Below are positions 1 through 8,908 of a DNA stretch of 64,000 nt, one piece after another. The stretch is taken from NCBI GenBank assembly GCA_965248755.1, contig OZ252149.1:1152001-1216000 (forward strand). The letters run 5' to 3'. The notes beneath the pieces were generated by a model that was not told where the DNA came from, made no database searches, and worked only from the letters and a program-made list of their open reading frames with translations. Numbering within the stretch: the stretch's first letter is position 1; the number at the start of each line of letters is the position of its first letter. Position numbers and translations under genes: made by a program. Source of the DNA: Candidatus Latescibacterota bacterium (GTDB taxonomy: Bacteria > Latescibacterota > CBDEFO01).

Positions 1-426
1 AAGTCGCTCCAATTCTGCGATATGTTGATTCGTCTTCCTTATCATATTGACCACAATCTTCAAGCTGTTCACGCAGAACTTCTGGAAGAGATGTGCAGGT
101 TTGTTCTTGAAGAAATTCATCACGTCCTCCCTGTTGAACCTCAGAAGAGTTACTGTACTTTCCGCCAGCACGGTCGCCATCCTTGTATGAGGTTGTACTA
201 TCACCGTCACACCGATTAGATCCCCTCTTTTAAGACCCAACAGTTTTGCCGACTTCAGCCAGATTGACACCTCTCCTTCAAGGATAATATACATATGCGT
301 GCCCGGCGCTCCCTCCTCCAGTATATTCTCGTGCAGCCGGAAGCTCTCTCTTATTCCAGTCCTTAAGAACTCTCTTTTCTCCTGTTCTGAAAAGCCTCTG
401 AAAAGATATTCGCTCTCTGTGGGCAC
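1..426 (-). CDS. cyclic nucleotide-binding (Crp-type cNMP) domain protein, 3' end runs off window
   Basis: Not in ORF track. Manual translation from GTG at 426 (RBS-like GGGAG/GAGG upstream): MPTESEYLFRGFSEQEKREFL...ILEEGAPGTHMYIILEGEVSIW...LKRGDLIG...PHTRMATVLAESTVTLLRF; open to base 1. Confidence 0.8.
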   Translation of the reverse strand, partial: MPTESEYLFRGFSEQEKREFLRTGIRESFRLHENILEEGAPGTHMYIILEGEVSIWLKSAKLLGLKRGDLIGVTVIVQPHTRMATVLAESTVTLLRFNREDVMNFFKNKPAHLFQKFCVNSLKIVVNMIRKTNQHIAELERL

Positions 427-454
427 CCTCAGACACTCCCTTTAAAGAAAAATT

Positions 455-1456
455 TCATTCTTCGCGCCAACTGATCACATAGTAGTAGTGGACGTCAATT
501 ATGCTATCGGCATTGCTGACAGCGCCGCTGTCGTATGCTATATCAAAGGTGCCGGTGATGTCTATTACTGCCGTATCAGCCTCGACCATAAACGCCCCGT
601 CAATTGACGATGTCCCTGTTTGGCGAACGGAGACGTTACCCCCGACTACTATTACCACACCCTCCCAGCGGAAGTTACCGCCCAAGGACACCTCGGCGGC
701 GTTTACGGCAAGGAGACCCGCCCCTCTGAATCCCCCTGTCAGACTGGCAGTCCCACTGGCAGGTTGAAGATAGGTGATTTCAGGAGTGACGGTCGTTCCG
801 AATGTCCCCTTTGGGTTCGAATCGGTCGAGTAGTTATCGGCGTAGTCTTCAACTTTTTCGATAAGGGTCGAAAGATCGGGAAACTCGCTTATAGCTTCAA
901 CTAATGTCGAACCGGTAAGTTGAGTTACTGTATCGACGCCGGAAGAAATAATAGCTGCGCTGTCGGCGGAACTTCCGACAACTATCCCTGGAAGATTACT
1001 TCCTCCAGCCATATCGTTTCCGCTTACTGTGGCGGAGCCTCCCAGGCTGAAGCTTGAGATGGTTCCATTTATGCCCATTGAGGACGAAACTTCAGGAATA
1101 ATGCTCAATCTTCTGGCGGTAACGACGCTGGAACGGCTGGCATCCCCTATATCCGCTGTGCCTGTTATCTGTACTTCATTTGACGCCAAAGTTGGAACTG
1201 CGGTAGAGTCATCTACAGAGATACTAAACGTTCCTCCGAATGCACTTGTACTACCCGAGCTGCGCCACGTCTCATCTGCCACAAGGTTTCCAAAGGCTAT
1301 GTTGACAGCGCTTGCGGCGGCGGAGCGGGCGACCGCCATCTCATAGTGGCTTACAAAGGTGTCCACAGCTTCTTCGTTGGTCTCATTCAGGTTAGTCTTT
1401 ATGACCGCAAAAATCACCGCGAAAGCTGCAACCATAATCAGGGCAAATTCTCCCAT
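455..1456 (-). CDS. PilX-like minor pilin / putative filament-tip protein
   Basis: N-terminal MG plus hydrophobic helix, ARSAAASAVNIA PilX-like segment, Gly/Ser/Thr-rich beta C-terminus ending SWRE; in pilB/pilC locus. Confidence 0.65.
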   Translation of the reverse strand: MGEFALIMVAAFAVIFAVIKTNLNETNEEAVDTFVSHYEMAVARSAAASAVNIAFGNLVADETWRSSGSTSAFGGTFSISVDDSTAVPTLASNEVQITGTADIGDASRSSVVTARRLSIIPEVSSSMGINGTISSFSLGGSATVSGNDMAGGSNLPGIVVGSSADSAAIISSGVDTVTQLTGSTLVEAISEFPDLSTLIEKVEDYADNYSTDSNPKGTFGTTVTPEITYLQPASGTASLTGGFRGAGLLAVNAAEVSLGGNFRWEGVVIVVGGNVSVRQTGTSSIDGAFMVEADTAVIDITGTFDIAYDSGAVSNADSIIDVHYYYVISWREE

Positions 1457-1476
1457 AGCCCAGAGCGCAGAAAAGC

Positions 1477-1500
1477 TGTCCTCGATTGAACCTATCGGGG
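1477..1500. repeat. palindromic repeat (CCCCGATTGAATCTATCGGGG family), variant
   Basis: TGTCCTCGATTGAACCTATCGGGG. Confidence 0.75.
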
Positions 1501-1502
1501 AG

Positions 1503-1524
1503 CAGAACCTGATTTTCTGCTAAA
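1503..1524. repeat. 22-bp direct repeat, copy 1 (copy 2 at 3347-3368), flanking HEAT gene
   Basis: CAGAACCTGATTTTCTGCTAAA vs CAGAACCTGACTTCCTGCTAAA, 20/22. Confidence 0.7.
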
Positions 1525-1595
1525 CTTATCTCTCCAACTGTTCACGACCAAGAAAGGAGCAGCAATTGATATTTTGAGTTTAAGTATTGGCACAA

Positions 1596-1623
1596 AATAG
1601 TCTGGAGGTGATTATAGAGATCC
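1596..1623. repeat. 28-bp dispersed motif, copy A (copy B 61340-61367); contains TATAAT on minus strand
   Basis: AATAGTCTGGAGGTGATTATAGAGATCC vs AATAGTCTGGACAAGATTATAGAGATCC, 25/28. Confidence 0.7.
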
Positions 1624-1669
1624 GAAATAGTAGATAGCACACAGGGCATCCCCACTTTTCCCTGTCCAC

Positions 1670-1736
1670 GAGATTGCTTCCCCCCGATTGAATCTATCGG
1701 GGACTCAAGGGATGAGGGGTGGTGCCTTGTCTACTT
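1670..1736. repeat. composite REP-like element with palindromic core at 1682-1702
   Basis: GAGATTGCTTC + CCCCGATTGAATCTATCGGGG + tail GGGGTGGTGCCTTGTCTACT. Confidence 0.75.
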
Positions 1737-1738
1737 GC

Positions 1739-3259
1739 TCAGTCCTGACTCTCGAATTTTGCCAAAGCTGCTTCCGCCGCATCTCGAACAGAAATATCTT
1801 TGTCTTGCATGGCTTGAGTCACCGCTTCTAAAGCCCTGGGGTCGCCTATCTTGCCCAAGGCCTCTGCCGCGTTCTTTCGGATATCCCTGTCCTTATCACT
1901 TAAGGCCTGAGTCAATGCTTCTACAGCCTTGGGGTCGCCTATCTCACCCAGGGCCTTTGCTGTATTTCTACGTACAGAAGTGCCTCTGTCTTTGAGAGCT
2001 CCAATCAGTGGTTCTATACCTTTGGGGTCACCCATCAGACCTAAAACTTCAGCCGCGTCGGCTCTGAAGAGATAGTTCTCATCGCCTAAGGCGTCGATCA
2101 ACGGCTCTAGGGACTCGGGGTTTCCAATCCTACCTAAAGCCTCTGCCGCGTCGTTTCGAAATACGTAATGCTTATTATCCAGGGCTTTAACCAACAGCGC
2201 TGATGCCCTGGGATCGTCCATTTTTCCCAGAGCCCTTGCCGCATGCTTTCGTACGTGAGGCTCGCTATCGTTCAAAGCCCCAGCGAGCGATTTTATTGCG
2301 GGTGCGCCTATCTTTCCTAAAGCCTCTGCAGCGCGCTCGCAGGTGGAGAGATCTCTTAAAGCGTTAGCCAGCGGTTCTATAGCTTTGGGGTCGCCTATCT
2401 GCCCCAGAGCCTCCGCTGCATTCCGCCGTACAGAGGCACTCATATCGTTCAAATCTTCTATTAGCGGTTCTACAGCTTTGGGGTCGCCTATCCGGCCTAA
2501 AGCCTCCGCCGCATTCTCTCGGAGAGAAGGACTCTCAGCGTCCAGAGCTTCGATCAGCGGTTCTACAGCTTTGGGGTCGCCGATCATACCCAGGGCCTTC
2601 GCCACCGAATCTTTGGCGAGAAAACGCTTATTCTGAAAATCTTGAATCAACGGCGCCACCGCTTTGGGGTCGCCGATCATACCCAGAGCCGCCGCCGCGC
2701 TACTCTGGACTGATTGATCTTCGTCTCGCAGGGCCTGTGTCAGCGGTTCTGTTGTTCTTCTGTCTCCTATTTTGCCTAAAACCTCGGCCACATCATCTCG
2801 GAAGAGAAGAGTCATGTCCTGCAGAGACTCAATCAACGGCTTTATTGCCCGGGCGTCGCCTATTTTACCTAAAACTTCTACCGCGCTCTTTCTGCCCAGA
2901 TTATTCCCGGAGTGCAAAGCTTCAATTGAAGGGTTTACTGCTGGTGAGCCTATCTTGACCAGAGCTTCTATTGCTGCATCCCGGACTTGGCGCTTCTGGT
3001 GCCCAAGGGCCTGAATCAGTGCTTCTACCGCCGGTGTACCTATCCTGCTAAGAGCGTCTGCCGCTGTATCTCGGACGTGTGGGTCCTTGTCGTCCAAAAC
3101 TTGAATCAATGGTTTTACCGCCGGCGCGCCTATCTTGACTAAGGCATCTGATACCGCGCTTCGAACAGACAGAGTAGAGTCCTTGCGCTTTAAATCTTTG
3201 ATTAAACTTTCAGCTCTTATCTTGCCTTTAAAGGTCGCATAGCCTTGAAACAACGGCAT
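1739..3259 (-). CDS. HEAT (PBS-lyase-type) repeat protein
   Basis: About 15 tandem 31-aa units (VRxxAAEALGxIGDPKAVEPLIxAL.D); repeats also visible in the DNA. Confidence 0.9.
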   Translation of the reverse strand: MPLFQGYATFKGKIRAESLIKDLKRKDSTLSVRSAVSDALVKIGAPAVKPLIQVLDDKDPHVRDTAADALSRIGTPAVEALIQALGHQKRQVRDAAIEALVKIGSPAVNPSIEALHSGNNLGRKSAVEVLGKIGDARAIKPLIESLQDMTLLFRDDVAEVLGKIGDRRTTEPLTQALRDEDQSVQSSAAAALGMIGDPKAVAPLIQDFQNKRFLAKDSVAKALGMIGDPKAVEPLIEALDAESPSLRENAAEALGRIGDPKAVEPLIEDLNDMSASVRRNAAEALGQIGDPKAIEPLANALRDLSTCERAAEALGKIGAPAIKSLAGALNDSEPHVRKHAARALGKMDDPRASALLVKALDNKHYVFRNDAAEALGRIGNPESLEPLIDALGDENYLFRADAAEVLGLMGDPKGIEPLIGALKDRGTSVRRNTAKALGEIGDPKAVEALTQALSDKDRDIRKNAAEALGKIGDPRALEAVTQAMQDKDISVRDAAEAALAKFESQD

Positions 3260-3346
3260 AAAAGAGCCTCACCTTCTGTTACAGATGCCTAGAAGCTTTT
3301 CCACATTTTCAAAAGCTGGTTCAGGACAAATTCCAAGCAAAGTGTC

Positions 3347-3393
3347 CAGAACCTGACTTCCTGCTAAATCTGTCCCGATTGCTTCTATCGGGG
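3347..3393. repeat. 22-bp direct repeat copy 2 followed by palindromic repeat variant (3371-3393)
   Basis: CAGAACCTGACTTCCTGCTAAA then TGTCCCGATTGCTTCTATCGGGG. Confidence 0.7.
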
Positions 3394-3408
3394 ATCGGGG
3401 GCCTGTTT

Positions 3409-4432
3409 TTAATTTTCTCTATAACTGTTCACGGCGTAGTAGTATCTCGTTGGTAGATTATTCTTCGTGTTAGTGATCGCTTGACTGCTGTATACAACTG
3501 GCTCTACATTGCCGGCTATTTTTATTGTTGCTGTATCGGCTTCGAGCATAAGTCCTCCCTCAACAATCAAATTTCCGCTCATGTTGAAATCGAGATTGTC
3601 GCCAACTACTACTATTGCACCATCCCATGTAAAATTTCCGCGCAAGGTAAATTCTTCAGCTTTCACCATTAGAATCCCTGCTCCTGTGATATTACCGTTC
3701 ATAGTGAAAGTGCCGTCACTGGGTTCAATAAATGTAATCTGGGGATTGCTGGGCAGTGACCCTAAATTTAGATTCCCATTGATTCTTGTATCGGTATAAT
3801 AGTTGTCGAACGAAACGACATCTTGGATTTCGTCTACGTATTCTCTAAGATTGGAGTTGCCGATTCCAACAGCAAGGGGCGGTGAACCGTCATAAGTGGC
3901 ATTAGCCGGTTGTACTAAGAACTGCACTATCGGCGGAGGTGGCAAAAGTAATCCCCGGCAGGTCAGTTCCTCCTCCGTCCATATCGATTCCACTCACCTC
4001 GGGGTTGCCTAATATCCTGAAGCTTGAAAGGGATGCGTTTACACTCATTGCCGTTGTGATTTCGGGGACAATTTCCTTTTTCTCAACGATAACGGTGTTG
4101 GAAGCGGTGTCACTTGCTGTGGTCGCTGTGCTAGTTATTTGGTTCTGTTCAGAGTTCAGGGTCAAAACGACAGTCGAATCTACAACACCGATGGTGAAGG
4201 TACATCCATTTAGACTTATGTTGCTGTAACCTGACCCCGTAAAGTTTTCGTCGGCTGAAAATTCCCCTAAGGCTATGTTGACTGCGCTGGCGGCAGTGAC
4301 GCGAACTGCTACCTTTTCATAGTGATCCGTTAAGGTATCAACAGCGTTTTCACTAATCGTATTAAGTTCATTTTTTATGGTGGCAAAGACAAACGTAAAG
4401 CTCGCCACCAGAATAAGTGCAAACTTTCCCAT
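3409..4432 (-). pseudogene. PilX-like minor pilin paralog of 455..1456, frameshifted near 3900-3910 (or sequencing error)
   Basis: ORF 3902..4432 (MGKFALILVA...TAASAVNIA...SADSA) matches the N-half and ORF 3409..3993 (GAGILMVKA...GNFTWDGAIVVVG...VNSYRE) matches the C-half of 455..1456. Confidence 0.8.
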
Positions 4433-4480
4433 AGTTCAAGCACATCCTCTCAATGAGTAGGAATATTATATCGTGGGGCC

Positions 4481-4504
4481 TGTCCCCGATAGATTCAATC
4501 GGGG
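4481..4504. repeat. palindromic repeat, inverted orientation
   Basis: TGTCCCCGATAGATTCAATCGGGG. Confidence 0.8.
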
Positions 4505-4515
4505 ATCGGGGGAGA

Positions 4516-4929
4516 TCAGAAGCTACTCTTTATATAGTTCATCTCAATGTCATCGGTAAGATAGTCAGAGCTTCCAGTGACCTTTATCCTCTTGTAAGAG
4601 GTAGGACCTGTAACATCTGTCTCTGGAGCGGTGGCATTTACGTAAGTTACATCAACAGTGTACGGTATATCCACCGGTATATTCACGGCATCGGTGGATC
4701 CGGAGGACATACCATACAGCGTATCCTGAGTGGTTCCTATAGTTAGATCTGTGAATTTCCGGCTCTCGTAGTCCTCTATCACTGACTGCATCGCCGAGGT
4801 CGCCACCATACTTACCTGGCTCTCTATAATAGCGGCGTCGTTGTCATCTAAGGATTGGTTCACCGAAAGCACCATCGCGGAAATGAGCATAAGCGACCCT
4901 ATAGCTAAAAGAGTCTGACCTGTTCCCAT
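4516..4929 (-). CDS. minor pilin (PilV-like)
   Basis: MGTGQTLLAIGSLMLISAMVLSV hydrophobic N-terminus; C-terminal YKRIKVT; directly downstream of pilB. Confidence 0.6.
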   Translation of the reverse strand: MGTGQTLLAIGSLMLISAMVLSVNQSLDDNDAAIIESQVSMVATSAMQSVIEDYESRKFTDLTIGTTQDTLYGMSSGSTDAVNIPVDIPYTVDVTYVNATAPETDVTGPTSYKRIKVTGSSDYLTDDIEMNYIKSSF

Positions 4930-4953
4930 CTTGTATCACCTATAGTTTACGGC

Positions 4954-6741
4954 TTATTCCTCAGTTGTCATAGACACGACCTCATCGAATGTCGACTCTC
5001 CCCTCCTGACCCTCTCTATAGCGGACTCCCTTAGAGTCAGCATTCCCCTCTTCTGTGCCGCCTCTACTATCAGGGCCTCATTGATCTCGCTTCCCGATTT
5101 CAATATGATCTGCCTGATCTCAGGGTAGAAGTAAAGGGCCTCGTGGATGCCTGCTCGCCCTTTGTAGCCCGAACCGGTGCAGACATCGCAACCCACAGCC
5201 TCGTAGATCGTTACATCCTTCCACTCGTCGGCATCGAGCCCCAGGCTCGTAAAGACCTCAGGCTTTGAGTTTTCCATAGGCCTTTTACATTCACCGCACA
5301 ACCTCCTCATCAGTCTTTGAGCCAGTATTATATTGATGGCATTAGCGATCAAGAAAGGCTCTACATCCATCTTGAAGAGCCTCGACACACTGCTTGCCGC
5401 GTCGTTAGTGTGAAGAGTCGAGAAGGTCAAGTGTCCTGTGTTAGCTAATTTGATGCCGGTCATAGCCGTTTGCGTATCCCTCATCTCGCCCACCAGGACT
5501 ATATCAGGATCGTGCCGAAGTATTCCCTTTATGGCGTCGTCAAAGTCCAGCTTATCGCCCATTTTAAGCTGTCTTGCTCCATCTATCAGAAACTCCACGG
5601 GCTCCTCGACTGTGATCACGTTCAAAGTAGGATCTATGACCTGGTACAGGGCGGCGTTCAACGTCGTACTCTTTCCAGAGCCTGTGGGACCTGTCAGGAT
5701 CACCATACCCTGAGGTTTCCTGATGGCCTTGTTGAAATCCTCCCTCGCCTGAGTCAGCAGACCCAACTTTTCCAGGTCCTTGATAACGTTCCTGTCGTCT
5801 ATGATCCTTATCACGATGCTTTCAAACTTCTTCTCAAACTCCTTGGTCACTATCGGCATTATAGAGACCCTGTACCTGATCAAGTTGCCGTCCACCATCC
5901 TCTGTATGAAGCCGTCCTGCCGTCTCTCCCTTTCAAATCTGTCGACATTTAGAGTTCGATCTTTAACGACGGCGGAGACCGCCTCAGATTTGGTATTCTT
6001 CTGCGAGTACCAGATTCTGATCTTGCCGTCCACCCGCAAGGAGAAGTCCGTCACATTCCCTTCCTTGGGAACTATGTGAATATCGCTGGCGCCCTGACGA
6101 ACGCCCTCTATTAGAGCAGCCTCCACGACCTTGGTGAGCATGCTCTGATTTATCTCAGCGTCCAGCGCCTCCTCATCTACTTCGGTCTCCTCTGTCTCGA
6201 TCTCCTCCAGGTCCTCGCTGGCTTGCTCCACCATTTCCAAAAAGTCGTTCTCCGTCTCGGGTGCCAGCTTTTCTAACAGTTCCTCTATCTTATCTTTCCG
6301 GGAGTAGAAGACGTCGAACTTCCGAAAGCCGCATCTTGTGGCAAGACTGGTCACGTCCTTGCTCGAAGGATCGGGAGTTATGAGCACCAGAAGATCGTCC
6401 ACTAACCTGAACGGAATTATATACTTTTCTCTCAGAGCCTGGCTGATTTCATCGGACAACTTGTCCAAAACATCGGTAATAAATTTGATTCGTTCGTCGT
6501 CAACGTTCTCCTCCTCCAAATCCAACTCCTTGAAGGCGTATAGCTTAGCGATCTGGCTGAAGACAGCGTGATGATCTGATCCAAGATCATTGACCAAAAT
6601 GTCACCGAGCTTTCGATTCGGGTCTTTCCACTGTACAGACAGAGCCTTTTGAAGGGTATCCATCTCAATAACACCCATTTTGACCAGGATCTCTCCGATT
6701 CTGCTTTTTACCCCGGTCCTTGCTGTCTGTGCCATATTCAA
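4954..6741 (-). CDS. pilB: type IV pilus/T2SS assembly ATPase (PilB/GspE) with N-terminal MshEN-like domain
   Basis: ASDIHI, Walker A GPTGSGKST, TVEEPVE, Walker B VGEMRD, His box TGHLTFSTLHTN, CxxC...CxxC; N-terminus RIGEILVKMGVI...LQKALSVQ. Confidence 0.93.
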   Translation of the reverse strand: MNMAQTARTGVKSRIGEILVKMGVIEMDTLQKALSVQWKDPNRKLGDILVNDLGSDHHAVFSQIAKLYAFKELDLEEENVDDERIKFITDVLDKLSDEISQALREKYIIPFRLVDDLLVLITPDPSSKDVTSLATRCGFRKFDVFYSRKDKIEELLEKLAPETENDFLEMVEQASEDLEEIETEETEVDEEALDAEINQSMLTKVVEAALIEGVRQGASDIHIVPKEGNVTDFSLRVDGKIRIWYSQKNTKSEAVSAVVKDRTLNVDRFERERRQDGFIQRMVDGNLIRYRVSIMPIVTKEFEKKFESIVIRIIDDRNVIKDLEKLGLLTQAREDFNKAIRKPQGMVILTGPTGSGKSTTLNAALYQVIDPTLNVITVEEPVEFLIDGARQLKMGDKLDFDDAIKGILRHDPDIVLVGEMRDTQTAMTGIKLANTGHLTFSTLHTNDAASSVSRLFKMDVEPFLIANAINIILAQRLMRRLCGECKRPMENSKPEVFTSLGLDADEWKDVTIYEAVGCDVCTGSGYKGRAGIHEALYFYPEIRQIILKSGSEINEALIVEAAQKRGMLTLRESAIERVRRGESTFDEVVSMTTEE

Positions 6742-6790
6742 ACTTCCTCTTTGGTAAGCGGACAGCGTACAGGTAAGGAAGGAGGTGTCC

Positions 6791-6845
6791 TGTCCCCGAT
6801 GGATTTAAGCAGGACCTGTCTACTGTCTGCTACCTACAGTCTACT
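6791..6845. repeat. degenerate palindromic repeat plus heptamer tandem (CTGTCTA-like)
   Basis: TGTCCCCGATGGATTTAAGCAGGAC then CTGTCTA CTGTCTG CTACCTA CAGTCTA. Confidence 0.6.
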
Positions 6846-6850
6846 ATTCT

Positions 6851-8191
6851 TTACGTGCCCGGCGATTTAGGTTTTATGACCGCTGTTTCGGAGGATACCA
6901 GCGTTAAAGCCATCATAACTACCATAATAAACATTGAGATAACTACATTGATCAATTCTACCACATTGGCCATCTTATACGAGGTCTCCTTCTCGTAGTA
7001 GTCGGCAAGTTGCTTAGCCGTAGTCCGCAAAGCGCCCGTCTCTGCCCCCGAACGGAGTCTGGATATGGCATTTATAGTGAAGACTTCCGTGCTTTCCAGA
7101 GACTCGATCAGGCCCTTTCCCTCCTTGATCATCGCGGGAATCGCTATATTCTTGATCTGACTCTCCATATAGGTGTTCCGACACGCCTCAGCCGCTATCT
7201 GTATGACCTTGATGTTCTCACCGGATCCTGAGTAGAGGGCGTAGAAGACCCTTGCGAAGATCTCTATGCTCGTTTTGTGCATAAGCGAACCGATCACCGG
7301 GATCTTTATCAGGTAGCGATCCTTCAGATATGTCCCCCTCGGCGTCCTTATAAACGCCACGAGTGCTATCATAGGCGCCACACAGACAGGGGCTATCCAC
7401 CAGATGTTGGCTGTCAGAAAATTGCTCAGATCTAGCGTCGCTGCGGTCATAGGAGGGAGTTCTATCCCGAACTTTATGAACATATTGGCGGTCTCTGGGA
7501 AGATATAAGCCACATAGTAAACCACAGCCCCTGTCAGCACCACCACAATCACAGCCGGCATAATAAGCGCGCTTTTGATGCTCTTTTTGAACTCCTCGTT
7601 CCGCTCCAAGAATTTAGCAGTGCTCTCATACACCTCGGCCATATTACCGCTTGTGGACGCTACTGCGAGCATGAAAGTCGTGAACTTGCCGAGGGTTTTT
7701 TCGTGCTTTCCGAAGACCTCACTGCCCTCTTTACCTGCTTTGAGGTCTTGACCTATCTCCTTTATCGTATCCCTTAGGGCTTTGTTCTCCGTGTCGTTGC
7801 CCACAAGCTCAAGTATCTCATCGTAGGGCAGTTTCTCTCTCATAAGATCAGCGCATATTCTGATGAACAACGAGACGTCCTTGGCCGGAGGCTTGAGCTT
7901 GAAGTCGAAGGGCTTCTTCCTGACGCTTAAGACCTTATACCCCATCTTCTGGAGGGCACTTTCGACCTCTTCCTTGCTAAAGGCCGGCTGTTCCCCTTTT
8001 ATGGGCTTTTCGTTTCCCTTTTGAATCTTGTAGGTGAACGTAGCTTTCTTTTGAATGCTGATCAGACGTACCTGGCGCTTTCTACATATTTCTTCCAGCG
8101 TCTTTTTGGCCTCCGCTTTATTATTAGCTGTAAGGACGCCCTGCACCTGCCTTCCCGAGGCACTGGCTCCCTGATAGCGAAAATCGGCCAT
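6851..8191 (-). CDS. pilC: type IV pilus/T2SS platform protein (PilC/GspF)
   Basis: Two T2SSF-like domains, SGNMAEV, SALIMP plus TM helices, GAETGAL; N-terminal FRYQG...G.QVQGVLTA. Confidence 0.9.
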   Translation of the reverse strand: MADFRYQGASASGRQVQGVLTANNKAEAKKTLEEICRKRQVRLISIQKKATFTYKIQKGNEKPIKGEQPAFSKEEVESALQKMGYKVLSVRKKPFDFKLKPPAKDVSLFIRICADLMREKLPYDEILELVGNDTENKALRDTIKEIGQDLKAGKEGSEVFGKHEKTLGKFTTFMLAVASTSGNMAEVYESTAKFLERNEEFKKSIKSALIMPAVIVVVLTGAVVYYVAYIFPETANMFIKFGIELPPMTAATLDLSNFLTANIWWIAPVCVAPMIALVAFIRTPRGTYLKDRYLIKIPVIGSLMHKTSIEIFARVFYALYSGSGENIKVIQIAAEACRNTYMESQIKNIAIPAMIKEGKGLIESLESTEVFTINAISRLRSGAETGALRTTAKQLADYYEKETSYKMANVVELINVVISMFIMVVMMALTLVSSETAVIKPKSPGT

Positions 8192-8216
8192 TTAAAAGCT
8201 CCCTTTCAAAGACAAA

Positions 8217-8241
8217 GGCAGGTTCGCGGAGAGAACCTGCC
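8217..8241 (-). terminator. hairpin/intrinsic terminator after major pilin
   Basis: 9-bp stem GGCAGGTTC/GAACCTGCC followed on minus strand by TTTGTCTTT. Confidence 0.55.
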
Positions 8242-8286
8242 CCATGTCAACTAACATTCTTGAAGCGTAGCTTGGCTCTTTTTAGA

Positions 8287-8715
8287 TCAGCTGGCTGTAG
8301 CCGCAGCTGTAGTCCCTGCCGCAACTTTGGTTATGGCAGTGGTGGTCGACGAGTCAGTGGCATCGTAGTCCATGTTTACCTGGGCCACATTTCCGTCAGA
8401 GTTAGGCTCAAGGCCTACCCCAACAATCTCAAGGTCGGTGCCCGACCCGTTGATGTCATACGAGCCAGTGTCGTCTGAGGAGGCCATATTCAGCGTGGCA
8501 AGTGTTATACCGGTAAAAGTGCGTCCGCCACCGCCCATACTAGTCGGCTTTCTGTAATGCTGCGCAGAGGCCGATACCATCCGCTGACAATTCGCAACCA
8601 CAGCGTCCTGGTTAGCCTGAACTGCACTTTCACCAAACTGTGTTATCCCTACTGCGACAGCGATTCCTACGATGATCACCGAAAGGACGATCATCAAGAT
8701 CTGAGTTTGGCCCAT
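8287..8715 (-). CDS. major type IV-like pilin
   Basis: MGQTQILMIVLSVIIVGIAVAVGITQF hydrophobic helix, YRKP..MGGGG, 142 aa; strong SD AGGAGG; first gene of locus. Confidence 0.75.
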   Translation of the reverse strand: MGQTQILMIVLSVIIVGIAVAVGITQFGESAVQANQDAVVANCQRMVSASAQHYRKPTSMGGGGRTFTGITLATLNMASSDDTGSYDINGSGTDLEIVGVGLEPNSDGNVAQVNMDYDATDSSTTTAITKVAAGTTAAATAS

Positions 8716-8908
8716 CTTTACATCCTCCTTATTTTTTATTTCCCACTAAGGAAAATCTGTTTAAACGTCGAAAATGTCTACCGAGTAGAGCTTTCACCTC
8801 CTTTTCTAAAACGGTATGACAGAAAATACCTCTAAAATTACATTTGTACCTCAATGTAGGGTCCTTTAGGTTTGCGCTTGAGCCCCAGTTCACAAAAATT
8901 CCTGTACA

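Noticed and set aside
1739..3259. 93-bp-period DNA repeats as a CRISPR array or DGR template/variable pair
   Set aside because: They are in-frame 31-aa HEAT units in one ORF; there are no unique spacers, cas genes or reverse transcriptase.
8716..8905. c-di-GMP riboswitch in the pilin leader (GCAAACC seen)
   Set aside because: The GNRA loop, GACGCAAAGC segment and second stem of the class I motif are absent.
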